Below the pieces are notes generated by a model. The model was not told the origin of the DNA. It searched no databases and saw nothing but the letters and a program-made list of their open reading frames with translations. A stretch of DNA of 64,000 nucleotides from an uncultured Planctomycetaceae bacterium (GTDB taxonomy: Bacteria; Planctomycetota; Planctomycetia; Gemmatales; Gemmataceae): positions 1,302,127 to 1,366,126 of the forward strand of contig CAVYVK010000011.1 of assembly GCA_963771935.1 (NCBI GenBank), written 5' to 3'. This document shows positions 19,856-31,186 of the stretch, one piece after another. The stretch's first letter is position 1. Each line of letters starts with the position of its first letter. Position numbers and translations under genes: made by a program.

Positions 19856-19860
19856 GACGG

Positions 19861-20223
19861 TCAGCGCCAGTGGTTGAGGACGTTGAGCGTATCGGCGATG
19901 GGGGCGCCGGATCGAATCAGCTTGCGGAGGGCGCGAACGATTCCCTTGGCGTCGAGGTCGCGCTTCTTGTCGTTGTCCTTGCGGACGGTGAGGACGCCGA
20001 GATGATGACCCCCTGCTCCCACGACGAGGTCGTTCAAGAGGTCATAGTCGTTGTGGTTGCGCGTGAGCAGTATCCGACCGTTCCGAATCGCGTAGAGAAA
20101 GTGTTCCGGGTCTTTCAAGCCCCGGTTGCCCACCGGATCGGGAGTGAGAACATCGTGTCCGTCGGCCGTGAGGAGGCGCACGAGCAGCCGTTCCGCAGCG
20201 TCGTCGTCAAGGTAGAGGTTCAT
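19861..20223 (-). CDS. DUF5615-like (PIN-like/Mut7-C type) putative toxin
   Basis: 120 aa, MNLYLDDDAAERLLVRLLTADGHDVLTP...GRILLTRNHNDYDLL. It lies downstream of a DUF433-like gene and overlaps it by 17 nt. Confidence 0.55.
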   Translation of the reverse strand: MNLYLDDDAAERLLVRLLTADGHDVLTPDPVGNRGLKDPEHFLYAIRNGRILLTRNHNDYDLLNDLVVGAGGHHLGVLTVRKDNDKKRDLDAKGIVRALRKLIRSGAPIADTLNVLNHWR

Positions 20224-20593
20224 CGTTGTAGATGCGCCTGCGCTCCTCTCCCGTCACGGGCCGGTAGTATTTCCTCGGATTATACTTGTAATCCGGGTGG
20301 TTCATACCGTGGGCCTCCATCAGCCGATCCTCGCGGGCGTGGTCGGCGATCAGCACGTCCGGGTGCGTCTCGCACCAGTCGATGGCCTCCAGTACGGCCT
20401 CCAGCGGGATGCCGAAGTCGTCCGCGACCTCTTGCGGCGTCCGGCCTGGCTCCACGCTGCCGTCGTCCTGAATCTTCTCGATGGTGGCGGAGTAGGGAAT
20501 CTCCGCAAGTATCTTGATGCCCTTGATGTAGGGCTGGCGGTACAGCGAATCAGGACGGACTTCCAGATAATGATAGGTTTTCTCGGTACTCAT
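20207..20593 (-). CDS. DUF433-like putative antitoxin
   Basis: 128 aa containing RTPQEVADDFGIPLEAVLEAIDWCETH, a DUF433-type HTH-like segment. It is paired with the DUF5615-like ORF. Confidence 0.55.
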   Translation of the reverse strand: MSTEKTYHYLEVRPDSLYRQPYIKGIKILAEIPYSATIEKIQDDGSVEPGRTPQEVADDFGIPLEAVLEAIDWCETHPDVLIADHAREDRLMEAHGMNHPDYKYNPRKYYRPVTGEERRRIYNDEPLP

Positions 20594-20637
20594 ACCACCA
20601 TCCTACCCGGTCCCACGAATCGTCGCAACGCGGCGCC

Positions 20638-22238
20638 TCACAGAAATTGCGTGCAGAACGGCCGTAGCGTCTCCTCCGGGTACAGGCAGAAGGCATAGTC
20701 GCGCCGGCGCAGCACGGCGTTGGCCGCCAGCCGGCGGTCGGTCTCGGTCAACTCGGTGCGCAACCGCCGCTCCTCTCCGGCCAGCGGGGAGCGCAACGCC
20801 TCCGTGACAGGCGCAGGGCGTGATAGCGGTCGCGGCGTCCGATGGCGTCGGCGGGGGTTTCGGCAATCAGCGACTTCTTTCGATCCTCTAACTCTTGCAT
20901 CGTTCCGTCGCCGGACGGCAGGTGACGTTGCGGGTTCCAGTGCAGGTCGCGCAGAGCGCGGGTCAGACGGCGATGGTCCTCGGGACGGGCCGGCGGCGCC
21001 GGCAACGGCAGCAGCCGCGTCGCCGACAGGATCAGGTATGCCGGCGGTTCGCATTCGTAAAAGCGCCGAATCAGCTCGTCGGTCAGCTCGTCGTACTTGC
21101 CGCCGCCGATGCCGTGGATGAACAGGTCGGACAGAAACAGGCGGGCGTACAGCGTGTTGGTCAGCGCCCGGCTGCGCACCTTCAGCCCCTGCCGTTCCCT
21201 CTCGGCCCACGCCTCGGCGGGTTCACGGAGCGGCAGCGCCGGCCAGGGTTCATCGCCTACACGAAGTTCGATGCGATCCGAATGGGTTCGAGCGAACAGC
21301 CGACCGCGCCGCGGGGAACCCACGCGCCAGCCCCAGAATGGCGCCTCCAGCCAGCCGTCTTCCGTCGCCAGGTCCGGCACGGGATGGTTGCGGCTGCGAA
21401 TGCCGTGGCGGCGGCGGTAGGCGTGGACGCAATCGTTGTAAACGGCGTGGAAGCGCGGCAATTCGGCCAGCAGGTGAGCCGCGAACCACGCGAACGGCTC
21501 CGTCCGGCACAGGACGCTGACCGGCAGCTCCAGGTTGTGGCAGCCCCAGCGGCGCTCGTAAGCCCGCCGCGCCGCCGCGAAGCGCTCTCCCAGCAGCGGC
21601 GTCCGCTCTCCTTCCTGACGAACCAGAGTCCAGAAATCCTCCAACATCGGGGCGTAGCCCCATTCCCGCAGCACGGCCGCCGCACGCTCGCCGAAGTCGT
21701 CGAACAGGGCGGCATCGGCGACCGGCCGCTCCTCCCACGCGACCTCGCCGGACCAGCGGTCGAACGGCATCGGGACGGCGTGAGGGTTCTCGGATCGCAC
21801 CGCCGCGGGGACGGGCAGACGCAAGGCGGTGGATTTGACGGTGTCGTTATCGACGACGAGGTTGATCGGCGTGAGTCCGTGCCGGCGGGCCAGGCCGTTC
21901 AGGGCGAAATTCTTCACCCACACGCCGGGGTGGAACAGCTCGGGCTGGTGCCCTGCCGTGATCAGGCGGTCGCCCGAGATTTCCGGGATGGGTTCGCCGC
22001 GCCGGCTGAAGGTATCCCGCGCCGCCTCGACGGCGGATCGCCGGGCGTCGCGTTGCAGCTCCGTCCACGGCCGGCCGGCCAGGGGACGGCCCCACTCCAG
22101 ACGGCGATTCTCCGCCAGCAGGCGGCCGGCCTCCTGCAACGGCGGCGCGGCTGTGACGGCGCCGTCCTCGGCAGGGGCGTGCGGAACGACGCGGCCGCTC
22201 AACGACAGGCCCTCCGGGGGAACAGGCCGAACGGACAC
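20638..22238 (-). CDS. Conserved hypothetical protein, distantly BshC-like N-terminal motif; one frameshift near 20810; start uncertain
   Basis: The long ORF has non-shadow composition. ITAGHQPELFHPGVWVKNFAL and LVVDNDTVK recall the BshC GQQxGL...GPLY and DHD segments. The C-terminus ...SVTEALRSPLAGEERRLRTELTETDRRLAANAVLRRRDYAFCLYPEETLRPFCTQFL lies in ORF 20638..21210. Confidence 0.45.
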
Positions 22239-22951
22239 GGCGCCGACTGCGGTGCGGCCGGCCGCGCCGCGGCCTCGGCCGCGGCGATCACGCCACGGTA
22301 GTAGGCCAGCCGCTCCGAAGCGTCGTCGAGCATTCCGCCGAACGCCCGGTTCGGGTCCAGGTACAGCCGCGGCACGCCGACTTCCTTGATGCGCAGGCTG
22401 GCCCGCGCCGCCTGCACCCACAGCTGCAACGGCATCCCCCATCCCGGTTCCGTGATGTGCAATTTGGACAGCGCCTCGCGGCGGTAGGCCTTGAAACCGC
22501 AAAAGGCGTCAGTCAGTTGCAGGCCGTGGCGGGCGTTCAGCTCGGCGGTGATTTCCTGGTTGATGCGGCGGCGGTCGCGCGGCGCCGTGGCGTCCTGGCG
22601 GAAGTCGCGCAGGTAGCGGCTGCCGGAGACGATGTCGGCGTCGTGGATCGCCTCCAGCAGCACCGGGATGCGGCCCGGCTCGTGCTGGCCGTCGCAGTCC
22701 ATCGTCACCAGCACGTCATAGTCGTGCGCCAGGGCGAACCCGAACGCGGAGATCAGCGCGGCCCCGTAGCCCCGGTTGGCGGGGTGGGTGACGACCTCGA
22801 CGCCCTGCTGCCGCGCCAGCAGTTCCAGCGTCCGGTCGGTCGAGCCGTCGTTGACGACGAGGATGTGCGGGCTGTAGCGCCGCACCTCGTCCAGCACGCT
22901 TTCGACGCTCCGCTCTTCGTTGTAAACCGGCACGGCCGTGAGAAATCGCAT
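22199..22951 (-). CDS. Glycosyltransferase family 2 (polyprenol-phosphate sugar transferase-like)
   Basis: MRFLTAVPVYNEERSVESVLDEVRRYSPHILVVNDGSTDRT...TMDCDGQHEP carries the GT2 DxD/DGS motifs. Confidence 0.8.
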   Translation of the reverse strand: MRFLTAVPVYNEERSVESVLDEVRRYSPHILVVNDGSTDRTLELLARQQGVEVVTHPANRGYGAALISAFGFALAHDYDVLVTMDCDGQHEPGRIPVLLEAIHDADIVSGSRYLRDFRQDATAPRDRRRINQEITAELNARHGLQLTDAFCGFKAYRREALSKLHITEPGWGMPLQLWVQAARASLRIKEVGVPRLYLDPNRAFGGMLDDASERLAYYRGVIAAAEAAARPAAPQSAPCPFGLFPRRACR

Positions 22952-23040
22952 GGAAGCCCCTCGGGATGGGGAGGTAGTCCGTCTCCTTCGTTCCTTCATT
23001 GTAGGGAGGACGCATTTCGCAAGTCAAAATCGGGGGCGCG

Positions 23041-23101
23041 GCGAGCGGCCGGCGTGAGCCGGCTGATAAGCGACATCAGCCGGCTCACGCCGGCCGCTCG
23101 C
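23041..23101. repeat. Unique long hairpin (27-bp stem, 7-nt loop) in a divergent intergenic region
   Basis: GCGAGCGGCCGGCGTGAGCCGGCTGAT (23041..23067) pairs with ATCAGCCGGCTCACGCCGGCCGCTCGC (23075..23101). It lies between the GT2 start (22951, minus) and the 23231 start (plus). Confidence 0.9.
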
Positions 23102-23230
23102 CGTTGACAACCCCCGCGGCCGTCTCCATACTGAGGTAAGTTTCCGGGCCGCTGCCCGTCTTAACTTCTGCGGACTACCGCCCACTGTCGCTCTTCCTGT
23201 CCCCCTCCATCAGCTGGGGTCTGATCCTCC

Positions 23231-26200
23231 ATGAAACGTGGACTTCTCTTGTTATTGGGGGCCGCCCTGTTTCTCGCGGGGCGAGCGCAGGCCCAGGACG
23301 CCTCGGTGCAGGACGACATGCGGTTCATTGAGGAGCTTCGCAAGCAGGGCAAGAGCGACCTGGCCCTGGAGTACCTGGAAAAGGTGGCCAAAAACGCCTC
23401 GCCGGAGCTGGCCAAGGCCCTGCCGCTGGAAATGGCGCGGACGCGCCTGGAGGCGGCCGGCGAGGAGCCGGACAGCGCCAAACGCCTCGCCCTCTACGGC
23501 GAAGGCGCGACGAGTTTCAAAAGTGGCTCCAGGCCAACCCCGCCGATCCCCACGCCAGCGAGGTCAAGCTCGACCTGGCCCACGTCACCGTTCAGCAAGG
23601 GCGGACGCAGCTGAGCCGGGCGTTCCTTAACGAGGACTTCGACACGCAGATGACGCCGGAAGCGGGTCAGGCCCGCGCCATTTTCGAGGACGCCGGCGCC
23701 CAGCTGAAGCAGGCCGCCAAGGACCTCGACGCCCAGATCGCCAAGGCCGGCGAGCCGAAGACCCCGGCGGACAAGGAGCTGCGGAAAAAGCTGGACCACG
23801 ATCGAATGCAGGCGGACCTCGACGTCGCCCTCAACGTCTTCGACCAGGGCCAGACCTACCCGCTCCAGGCCGACCCCACCGGCGCCCTGAGCAAGGCCCG
23901 CAACAAGCTGTACCAGGACGCCCAGACCCTCTTCGAGAAGCTGGGCGCCCGCGACGATCAGAACCCGATCTGCTGGACGGCCAAGGCGTGGGCCGCCCGC
24001 TGCATGCACATGCTGGGCGACTTCCCCAAGGCCAAGGAGCGCTACAAGGCGATCCTCCGCGCCGACGCACGCTACGCCGCCGACGCCATTCGGTTGACGC
24101 GCTATTTCTACTTGCTCCTGCTGGACGAGGCGCCGAGCGAGCTGCGGGACAAGGACGAGGACGACGCCCACATCGTCGCCAAGTGCAAGGAATGGATCAG
24201 CGAGTACCCCGGTTTCCTTCGGTCGCCGGAAGGCTACGGCGTCCGCTTCCTCCTCGGCGCGGAGGACGTCAAGGCCGCGGCGACCGAAAAGGACGTTTTC
24301 AAACGGAAAGAGGAGCTTGCGGACGCCCGGAAATATTTCCGCCAGGTCGAGGAGTCCGAGAACGACTTCACCGACCGCGCCCGCCGCGAGAAGATCGAAA
24401 TCATCGCCGCGCAGCAAGGTGGTTTCAAGGAGTCGGTGGAGAAGCTGACGAATTTCGAGGACTGCTACGTTCGCGCCCAGTACGAGATGATCCAGGAGGC
24501 CAAGGGAGAGAAGGAGGCGAAGACTCCGGAGGACGCCGACAAGGTGCGCCAGGAACACGGCCCGGTGATCGTGGCCGCCCTGGAGCGCGGCCTGAAGCTG
24601 GACGAACAGGCCAAGGGCCGCGGCGACGACCTTTTGGAACTGGCCAACGCCAGGGCGATGATGACCTACCAGTACATGAACGCGAAGAAGTACCGTGAGG
24701 CCGTCGCCGTCGGCGAGAAGTTCGCCAAGTCCGACCCGCGCTCGTCCCAGGCAGCGGCGGCGGCCGTCTACGTCCTGCTGTCCTACGTGACGCTGGTCGG
24801 CCAGGAGGCGGGAGCGGACAAGTCGCCGGCCGAGCTGTCGGCGGATCGCAAGAGCCTGTTCGACTTCGCGCAATACATGGAGCGGACCTGGCCGAAGGAG
24901 CCGGCCGGCGACATGGCGCGCCACCAGCTCGCCTTGCTGTACATCAACGCGCCCATCGACTCCGACGACCCCGACGCGATCCGGGCGGCGCATGCCGAAA
25001 ACGTTCACAAGGCGATCGAGGTCCTGGGCCAAATTACGCCGAGCTACGCCCAGTACACGCCGACACAGTACCTGCTGGCCCAGTTCTGTTTCAACGCCGA
25101 CAAGGAAAAACTCCCGCCGTTGCCCGGCGATGCGGAGGACGGCTACCGCAAGCGGGCGCTGGCCGCCTTAGAGAACGTGCCGGATCCTTCGGCCGGCGCC
25201 GATCCGACGAGCAACAAGGTCTATTTCCTCGCCAAATTCCGTCTCGCTCAGGAAGACTTCACGCTCAAGAAGTACGACGATCTGGAGAAGCTGACGGACA
25301 AGGTCCAGCAGCTGCTTCCGCAGGTGAAGTTGGCGGCGAACGACGACGACGACAAGAAAGCGCACGGCGAGTTCGAGGACAGCTTCGGCAGCTACGCGGT
25401 GTTGGCCCGCTGGGGACAGGCCGACGCCGAGGCCAGGGCGGCGGACAAGGCCGACGCCAAGGACAAGCCGGCCCACTACGCCAACGTCCTGAAGCTGCTC
25501 GACCCGGTCGTGGACGACATCAAGGCCCACAAGCACCCCGAATTGAAGAACAACCAGCCCCTGGCGCGCGGCGTTTTGGACAATGCCCTGCGGGCCACTA
25601 TCCAGCTGAACAAGCTGGACCGGACGCGGGACGTGCTGGATTGCTACAAGGAGTTGGCGCCTGCCAACGCCCCCGCCGGGGGGTCCGCCGAGGTGCTCAA
25701 GGAATTGGTGGCGTTCATCCCGCCGCAGCTGGAGGAGCTGAAGCACAAGGGAGACGCCGCCGCCCTGGAGGCGGCCAAGAAGCAATACGGCGAGATCCTC
25801 GCCGACACCCTCAAGCCGTTGAAGGACAAACTGACGCCGGACCTGATCCTCTACACGGCCCGCATCTATTCCAGCATGGACGAACACAAGGAGGCGGCCG
25901 AGCTGCTGGAGACGGCGCCGGAGCCGATGAAGCCGGCCCCGGACATGGACGTGCCGGACGCCGAAAAGAAGCAGTATGAAGCGATCCTCCTGGCGCTGGT
26001 GCGCGAGCGCCGGCTCAACGGCGAGGTGGACGTGGCCCGCAAGCTGATGGACGGGATCCTCGGCGACCAGAAGAAGCCGGGCTGGGGACGGAAGGAGATC
26101 CCGGCCCTGCTGGAGAACGTCGAGGTGCTGGCCGCCCAGGGCGACAACAAGACGGCCGCCGAGCGCGCCAACGGCCTCGCCCAGGCCCTGCTGCCGAACA

Positions 26201-26682
26201 TCGAGACGAACCCGCGTCTCAAGGAGATTTATCTCCAGTGCTACTACCTGACCGTGGAGAACGTCTACCTCCAGGCGGTGAAGCTGAAGGACAAGGCGCC
26301 GGCCAAGTACGCGGAGGGCCTGAAAACGGCGGCCAGCCTGGCGGCCGACCTGGCCAAGAACCAGCTCGGCTTCGTCAACGACGCCACGCGCACCCGCTTC
26401 CGCGACCTGATGGACGCGGCGGACAACCAGGAGCTGAAGACCGCGTTCCTCGACGCCTACCTGACGACGGCGGAGGGGATGGACAAGCAGGCGGCGGCCG
26501 TCACGAACGACCAGAAGCGCGAGCGGGCGTATTCGGACGCGGCGTCGCTGATCGTGGAGCTGGAGAAGCTGTGGCCGGACTACGGCAGCGACGCGGCCAA
26601 GGCCCGCGCGACGAAACTGCTGAAGCCCGGGCCGCTCCAGAAGGAATACGACCAGCTGAAGGCGGCCGCCGTGGCCCAATAA
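23231..26682 (+). CDS. Large secreted alpha-helical repeat (TPR-like) protein, about 1150 aa, one frameshift near 23505
   Basis: The signal peptide is MKRGLLLLLGAALFLAGRAQAQ. Frame a (...RLALYGE) continues in frame c (RDEFQKWLQANPADPHASEVKLDLAHV...) into ORF 23650..26682. The composition is K/E/A/L-rich, unlike shadow ORFs. Confidence 0.7.
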
Positions 26683-26703
26683 GGCGCGGGAAAGGTTTCA
26701 CAA

Positions 26704-26762
26704 CCAGCCCCGAGCGCGAGCGAGGGGTTGGCGCCGGCCCCCTCGCTCGCGCTCGGGGCTGG
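26704..26762. repeat. Palindromic element, family 2 (24-bp stem)
   Basis: CCAGCCCCGAGCGCGAGCGAGGGG (26704..26727) pairs with CCCCTCGCTCGCGCTCGGGGCTGG (26739..26762). It lies 22 nt after the stop of the preceding gene. Confidence 0.9.
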
Positions 26763-26786
26763 TAGTAGAGAGAGGATAACTCCATC

Positions 26787-27914
26787 ATGAAACGCATCGC
26801 GCTCGTCGCCGGCCTGGCGGCGTGCCTCGGCCTGTTCGCGGCGCCGGCTGGCGCCGAGGACATCATCCTGCGCCGCGACCCCAACAATCCCGCCAAGGAC
26901 GTCAACGTCTCCGGCACGATCACGGACGAGACGCCGGCCGGGGTGAAGATCAAGGTGGGGAAGAACACGCAGCTGATCGCGCCGGAAGACATCCGTTATA
27001 TCGGCTATGACGTCAAGAACGTCCCGGACATCGATCCGTTGACTTTCGGCAACCTTCACGGCGCGGAGGGGCTTGCCATGACCAAACCTCCCGACCAGCG
27101 CCAGAAGGACCTGGCCGATGTGATGGTCGGCTACCGGAAGCTGGAAAAGCAGCTGAAATCGGCGCCGAACGCCCTGCGCTACGTCCAGTACCGGATGGCC
27201 ATGCTGGCGGTGGACCAGGCGAAGGCCGATCCGTCGAAGGCGAAGGCGGCGATCGACGCGCTGAACGACTTCCGTTCGACCAGCAGCGCCAGCTGGGAGA
27301 TCGTACCCGCCACCAAGACCGTGGCGCGGCTGCTGGAGGAGAGCGGCGACAAGAAAGGCGCCCTGGACGCCTACGACGACCTGGGGAGGGACCCCGACGT
27401 GCCGTCGGACATTCGGCTGAACACGAACCTTTTGGTGGCGCACATGCTCATTCAGGACGGCAAGTTCGACGCCGCCGAGAAAAAGCTGTCGTCCGTGCTG
27501 ACCGATACGAAGGACGAGAAGCAGAAGGCGTACGTGCAGGCGTCCCTCATTCAGACGCAGGTGGCGCAGGGCAAGGCGACGAGTCCGGCCGATCTGCAGA
27601 ACCTGATCAAGGGGGCCGGCGACGACGACAAGCTGAAGGCGATGGCGTACAACACGCTGGGCGATTATTATCAGCAGGCCAAGCAGCCCGACGAGGCGTT
27701 CTGGGACTACCTGCGGGTGGACGTGCTGTTCAACCAGGACCGCGAGGAACACGCTCGGGCGCTGTACAATCTATGGAAGCTGTTCGCCTCGGCGCGGAGC
27801 GATCCGCAGCGGTCGCAAGAATGCCTGGACCGGCTGAAAGACAAGGCGATGGACGGGACCGAATACCAGGCGCGGGCGATCAAGGAGACGGAAGCGGGGA
27901 CCAAGACGCCGTGA
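26787..27914 (+). CDS. Secreted helical-repeat (TPR-like) protein
   Basis: The signal peptide is MKRIALVAGLAACLGLFAAPAGA. 375 aa, co-directional with the preceding large repeat protein. Confidence 0.65.
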   Translation: MKRIALVAGLAACLGLFAAPAGAEDIILRRDPNNPAKDVNVSGTITDETPAGVKIKVGKNTQLIAPEDIRYIGYDVKNVPDIDPLTFGNLHGAEGLAMTKPPDQRQKDLADVMVGYRKLEKQLKSAPNALRYVQYRMAMLAVDQAKADPSKAKAAIDALNDFRSTSSASWEIVPATKTVARLLEESGDKKGALDAYDDLGRDPDVPSDIRLNTNLLVAHMLIQDGKFDAAEKKLSSVLTDTKDEKQKAYVQASLIQTQVAQGKATSPADLQNLIKGAGDDDKLKAMAYNTLGDYYQQAKQPDEAFWDYLRVDVLFNQDREEHARALYNLWKLFASARSDPQRSQECLDRLKDKAMDGTEYQARAIKETEAGTKTP

Positions 27915-27948
27915 GGCGGACGGCGTCCCACGGCGGATGATCCGAGCC

Positions 27949-27985
27949 GCGCGTGAGCGGCTCGGATCGTTATTTCATCGACTAT
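27949..27985 (+). terminator. Hairpin plus T-rich tail after 26787..27914
   Basis: GATCCGAGCCGC-GCGTGA-GCGGCTCGGATC followed by GTTATTTCA. Confidence 0.5.
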
Positions 27986-27989
27986 CCCC

Positions 27990-28019
27990 TTGCGGGAAAG
28001 CGAACGGGTTCCCTATAAT
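27990..28019 (+). promoter_or_regulatory. Sigma70-like promoter for tRNA-Ala
   Basis: TTGCGG (27990..27995), an 18-nt spacer, TATAAT (28014..28019), 23 nt upstream of the tRNA 5' end. Confidence 0.45.
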
Positions 28020-28042
28020 TCCCCAACACTCAGCGTAACGCT

Positions 28043-28115
<73 letters not shown>

Positions 28116-28124
28116 TTCCATGAG

Positions 28125-28153
28125 AACCTCCGATTCGTCGGAGGTTGTTTTTT
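28125..28153 (+). terminator. Rho-independent terminator after the tRNA
   Basis: AACCTCCGA-TTCG-TCGGAGGTT followed by GTTTTTT. Confidence 0.8.
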
Positions 28154-28206
28154 GTCGTTCAAAGGCCTGTCGTCCGTCAAATCGGTTCCTCCTCCGAGGA
28201 CGTTCC

Positions 28207-28938
28207 ATGACCGGCAAGACGCTTGCGGAAAACTATCTCGACGAGTCGCGGCGTGAGTTGGCGGCGTGCCTGGCGACGGTCAAGCACTGCCTGTCCCAGT
28301 TGGACGACGGCCAGGTCTGGCAGCGACCCCGACCGGCGATGAACAGCATCGGCAACCTGCTCCTGCATTTGTGCGGCAACCTGCGGCAACGGTTCCTATC
28401 CATCGTCGGAGGCGCGCCGGACGACCGTGACCGGCCCCGTGAGTTTTCCGAGCGAGGCCCGATCCCGAAGACCGAACTGCTGCTCCGGCTGGAGGAAGCG
28501 GTAGGCGCGTCGGACGCCGTGCTCGCCGGCCTTACCGCCGACCGTTTGCTGGAACAGAGGCGCTACGCCGGGCTGCGGGGGGAGTTGGAAGGTACGGTCC
28601 TGGCGGTCGTGCTGCGGACGCTGCTGCACCTGAGCGGCCACGTCCAGGAGATCGTGTACGCCACGCGCCTCCTGTTGGGCGACGCCTACCGGTTTCGGGT
28701 TCCGGCCTCGGCGTCGGCCGCGGCGCAGATCATCGCCGCCGATGACGTGGTGTTTGGGCGCGGCATGGTCCCGCCGCTTCCTGACCCGCCGACCCCACCC
28801 ACACCCCAGGGCGTGAAAGCTACGGGGCACAGGGCCGATGAAGACCCTACGTCCGACCACCGCGAGTCCCCGTTGCGCGACCCCTTGCTCGAACTGGAGC
28901 AGGAATTTCAGGACCAGCAGGACGAGGGCAAGCTGTAA
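28207..28938 (+). CDS. DinB-family (DUF1572-like) protein with extended C-terminal tail
   Basis: [41 protein letters not shown]...[14 protein letters not shown]...[13 protein letters not shown] shows the DinB four-helix His pattern. Confidence 0.65.
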   Translation: MTGKTLAENYLDESRRELAACLATVKHCLSQLDDGQVWQRPRPAMNSIGNLLLHLCGNLRQRFLSIVGGAPDDRDRPREFSERGPIPKTELLLRLEEAVGASDAVLAGLTADRLLEQRRYAGLRGELEGTVLAVVLRTLLHLSGHVQEIVYATRLLLGDAYRFRVPASASAAAQIIAADDVVFGRGMVPPLPDPPTPPTPQGVKATGHRADEDPTSDHRESPLRDPLLELEQEFQDQQDEGKL

Positions 28939-28953
28939 GCCCCCTCTCGACGA

Positions 28954-29538
28954 TCAGCCTGTTCGCCGCCCGGCCTGCAAGGCCGCTTCCCACAGGGCCG
29001 TCCCAACAACGTCGGCCAGGGGTTTTGGCTCCGACGGGACAGGCGGCGGTTGCAGCGGGCGCTGAAACCAGGCCACATCGTACCACGCCCCGCACTTGAA
29101 CCCCACCTCTCGGTACACGCCGACCGGCCGGAATCCCAGCGCCTCATGCAGTCCGACGCTCGCCGCATTGGGGAGCGTCACCCCGGCGTAGGCGTTGACG
29201 AACCCTTGCAGCGGCAGCACGTCCAGCAGCGCGGTGTAAAGGGCGCGGCCGACGCCCCGATGGCGCCGGTCCTGGCGAATATAGACGGTGACATCGACCG
29301 ACCAGCGGTAGGCCGCCCGCTCCCGGTGGGGAGAGGCGTACACGTAGCCCAACGCCTCGCCGTCGTCCTCGCTTATCAGCCACGGGTGTCCTTGCAGCAC
29401 CTTGCGGATGCGTTGCCGCATCTCGTCCACGTCGGGCGGCCCCAACTCGAACGAGATGGGCGTGTCGCAATAGGGCGCGTAAATGGCCTGGACGGAATCC
29501 GCATCGTCCGGGGTGGCAAGTCGGATCGTCGGCGGCAT
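28954..29538 (-). CDS. GNAT N-acetyltransferase (phosphinothricin acetyltransferase-like)
   Basis: IRLATPDDADSVQAIYAPY...VYIRQDRRHRGVGRALYTALL...NAASVGLHEALGFRPVG carries the GNAT motif A (R/Q-x-x-G-x-G/A). Confidence 0.8.
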   Translation of the reverse strand: MPPTIRLATPDDADSVQAIYAPYCDTPISFELGPPDVDEMRQRIRKVLQGHPWLISEDDGEALGYVYASPHRERAAYRWSVDVTVYIRQDRRHRGVGRALYTALLDVLPLQGFVNAYAGVTLPNAASVGLHEALGFRPVGVYREVGFKCGAWYDVAWFQRPLQPPPVPSEPKPLADVVGTALWEAALQAGRRTG

Positions 29539-29764
29539 GAGGGGAACCTCGGTGGAGCGCGGCGCAACCAGGAGCTTTTATACGAGGGCGGTCAGGTCGT
29601 CCACCTTCCCTACCGTTCGGCCTCGTCACGACGGAAGCCGCGACCGCCTCCGAGGCCGCCGCGGTGAACCCGCGCTGCAAAGGCGGTGTCGTATTCGGCG
29701 TGTGAGGTCGGGGCTGGTCGGCCTTCGCCTCGCAGCTCAGCCGCTCCCCGGATAGAACGGATCC

Positions 29765-31177
29765 ATGCTACTCACCATTACTACCACGCACCGGCTCGCT
29801 CTCGACCTCGGCTACCTGCTGCACAAGCACCCCGGCCGACTCCAGACATTCGACCTCAGCTTCGGCAAGGCCCACGTCTTCTACCCCGAGGCGGACGACC
29901 AGCGCTGCACCGCCTGCCTGCTGCTCGACGTGGACGCGGTGGACCTGGCCCGATCCGGCGGCCGTGAGCAACGCTTCCTGGCGGGCCATTACGTCAACGA
30001 CCGCCCCTACACGGCCTCTTCCTTTTTGAGCGTGGCGATCGCCCAGGTGTTCGGCTCGGCCCTCCAGGGGCGCTGCAAGGACCGGCCCGAGCTGGCGGCG
30101 TCGGCCATCCCGCTTTCCGCCCACATCGACGTGCTGCCGGTGCGCGGCGGCGAGCGCTTCCTGCGGGCCGTCTTCGAGCCGTTGGGTTACGCGGTCGAGG
30201 CCGCCCGCCGCCCGCTGGACGAGCAGTTCCCCGAGTGGGGCGACAGCCCGTACTTCTCCGTCGCCGTCCACAAGACGGTGGCTCTGTCGGAGCTGTTGAC
30301 GCACCTCTACGTTTTGATCCCGGTGTTCGACGGTCAGAAGCACTACTACATCGGCGACGACGAGATGGAGAAACTGCTGGCCAAGGGGGAGGGATGGCTG
30401 GCCCGACATCCCGAAAAGGAGGAGATCGCCCGCCGCTTCCTGAAACACCAGCCGAGCCTCTACCGCGAGGCGCTGGCGCGGCTGGTCCAGGAGGAGGCGC
30501 CGGCCGAAACCGAAGAGGGCGACGCACCCGCCCGAGAGAGCAACGAAGATGTTGTCGAGAAGCCGATCCGCCTCAACGAGCAGCGGCTGGGAGCGGTACT
30601 GGCGACCCTGCGGTCGAGCGGCGCGAAGCGAGTTTTGGACCTCGGCTGCGGCGAGGGGAGGTTGATCCGGGAACTATTGAAGGACAGGCAGTTCGAGGAG
30701 GTGGTGGGGCTGGACGTATCCATCCGCTCGCTGGAAGCGGCGCAGAGGCGGCTGAAGCTGGACCGGCTGCCGGCCAACCAGTCGGAGCGAATCCGCCTGA
30801 TTCACGGCTCGCTCATGTACCGGGACCGGCGGCTGGAGGGCTTCGACGCGGCGGCCGTGGTCGAAGTGGTCGAGCATCTCGACCCACCCCGGCTGTCGGC
30901 CTTCGAGCGCGTGCTGTTCGAGTTCGCCAAACCCCGGACGGTCGTGCTGACGACGCCGAACCGCGAGTACAACGTGAAATGGGAGACGCTGGGAGCCGGG
31001 CGCTTCCGCCACCCCGACCACCGCTTCGAGTGGACGCGGCAGGAGTTTCGGGACTGGGCGACGGATATTGGGGAACGGTTCGGCTATGTGGTGCGGTTTT
31101 TGGGAATCGGGCCGGACGCGGAAATGTTGGGAGCGCCGACGCAGATGGCGGTTTTTGAAAGGAATCGGATGGAGTAG
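29765..31177 (+). CDS. hen1: Bacterial Hen1, RNA 3'-terminal ribose 2'-O-methyltransferase
   Basis: The N-terminus MLLTITTTHRLALDLGYLLHKHPGRLQTFDLSFGKAHVFYPE is typical of bacterial Hen1. The C-terminal SAM methyltransferase motif is RVLDLGCGEGRL. pnkp lies nearby. Confidence 0.85.
   Translation: MLLTITTTHRLALDLGYLLHKHPGRLQTFDLSFGKAHVFYPEADDQRCTACLLLDVDAVDLARSGGREQRFLAGHYVNDRPYTASSFLSVAIAQVFGSALQGRCKDRPELAASAIPLSAHIDVLPVRGGERFLRAVFEPLGYAVEAARRPLDEQFPEWGDSPYFSVAVHKTVALSELLTHLYVLIPVFDGQKHYYIGDDEMEKLLAKGEGWLARHPEKEEIARRFLKHQPSLYREALARLVQEEAPAETEEGDAPARESNEDVVEKPIRLNEQRLGAVLATLRSSGAKRVLDLGCGEGRLIRELLKDRQFEEVVGLDVSIRSLEAAQRRLKLDRLPANQSERIRLIHGSLMYRDRRLEGFDAAAVVEVVEHLDPPRLSAFERVLFEFAKPRTVVLTTPNREYNVKWETLGAGRFRHPDHRFEWTRQEFRDWATDIGERFGYVVRFLGIGPDAEMLGAPTQMAVFERNRME
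31073..31098 (+). repeat. 26-nt direct repeat, copy 1 (inside the hen1 3' end)
   Basis: GAACGGTTCGGCTATGTGGTGCGGTT is identical to 31786..31811. Confidence 0.9.
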
Positions 31178-31186
31178 AATCCTAGG

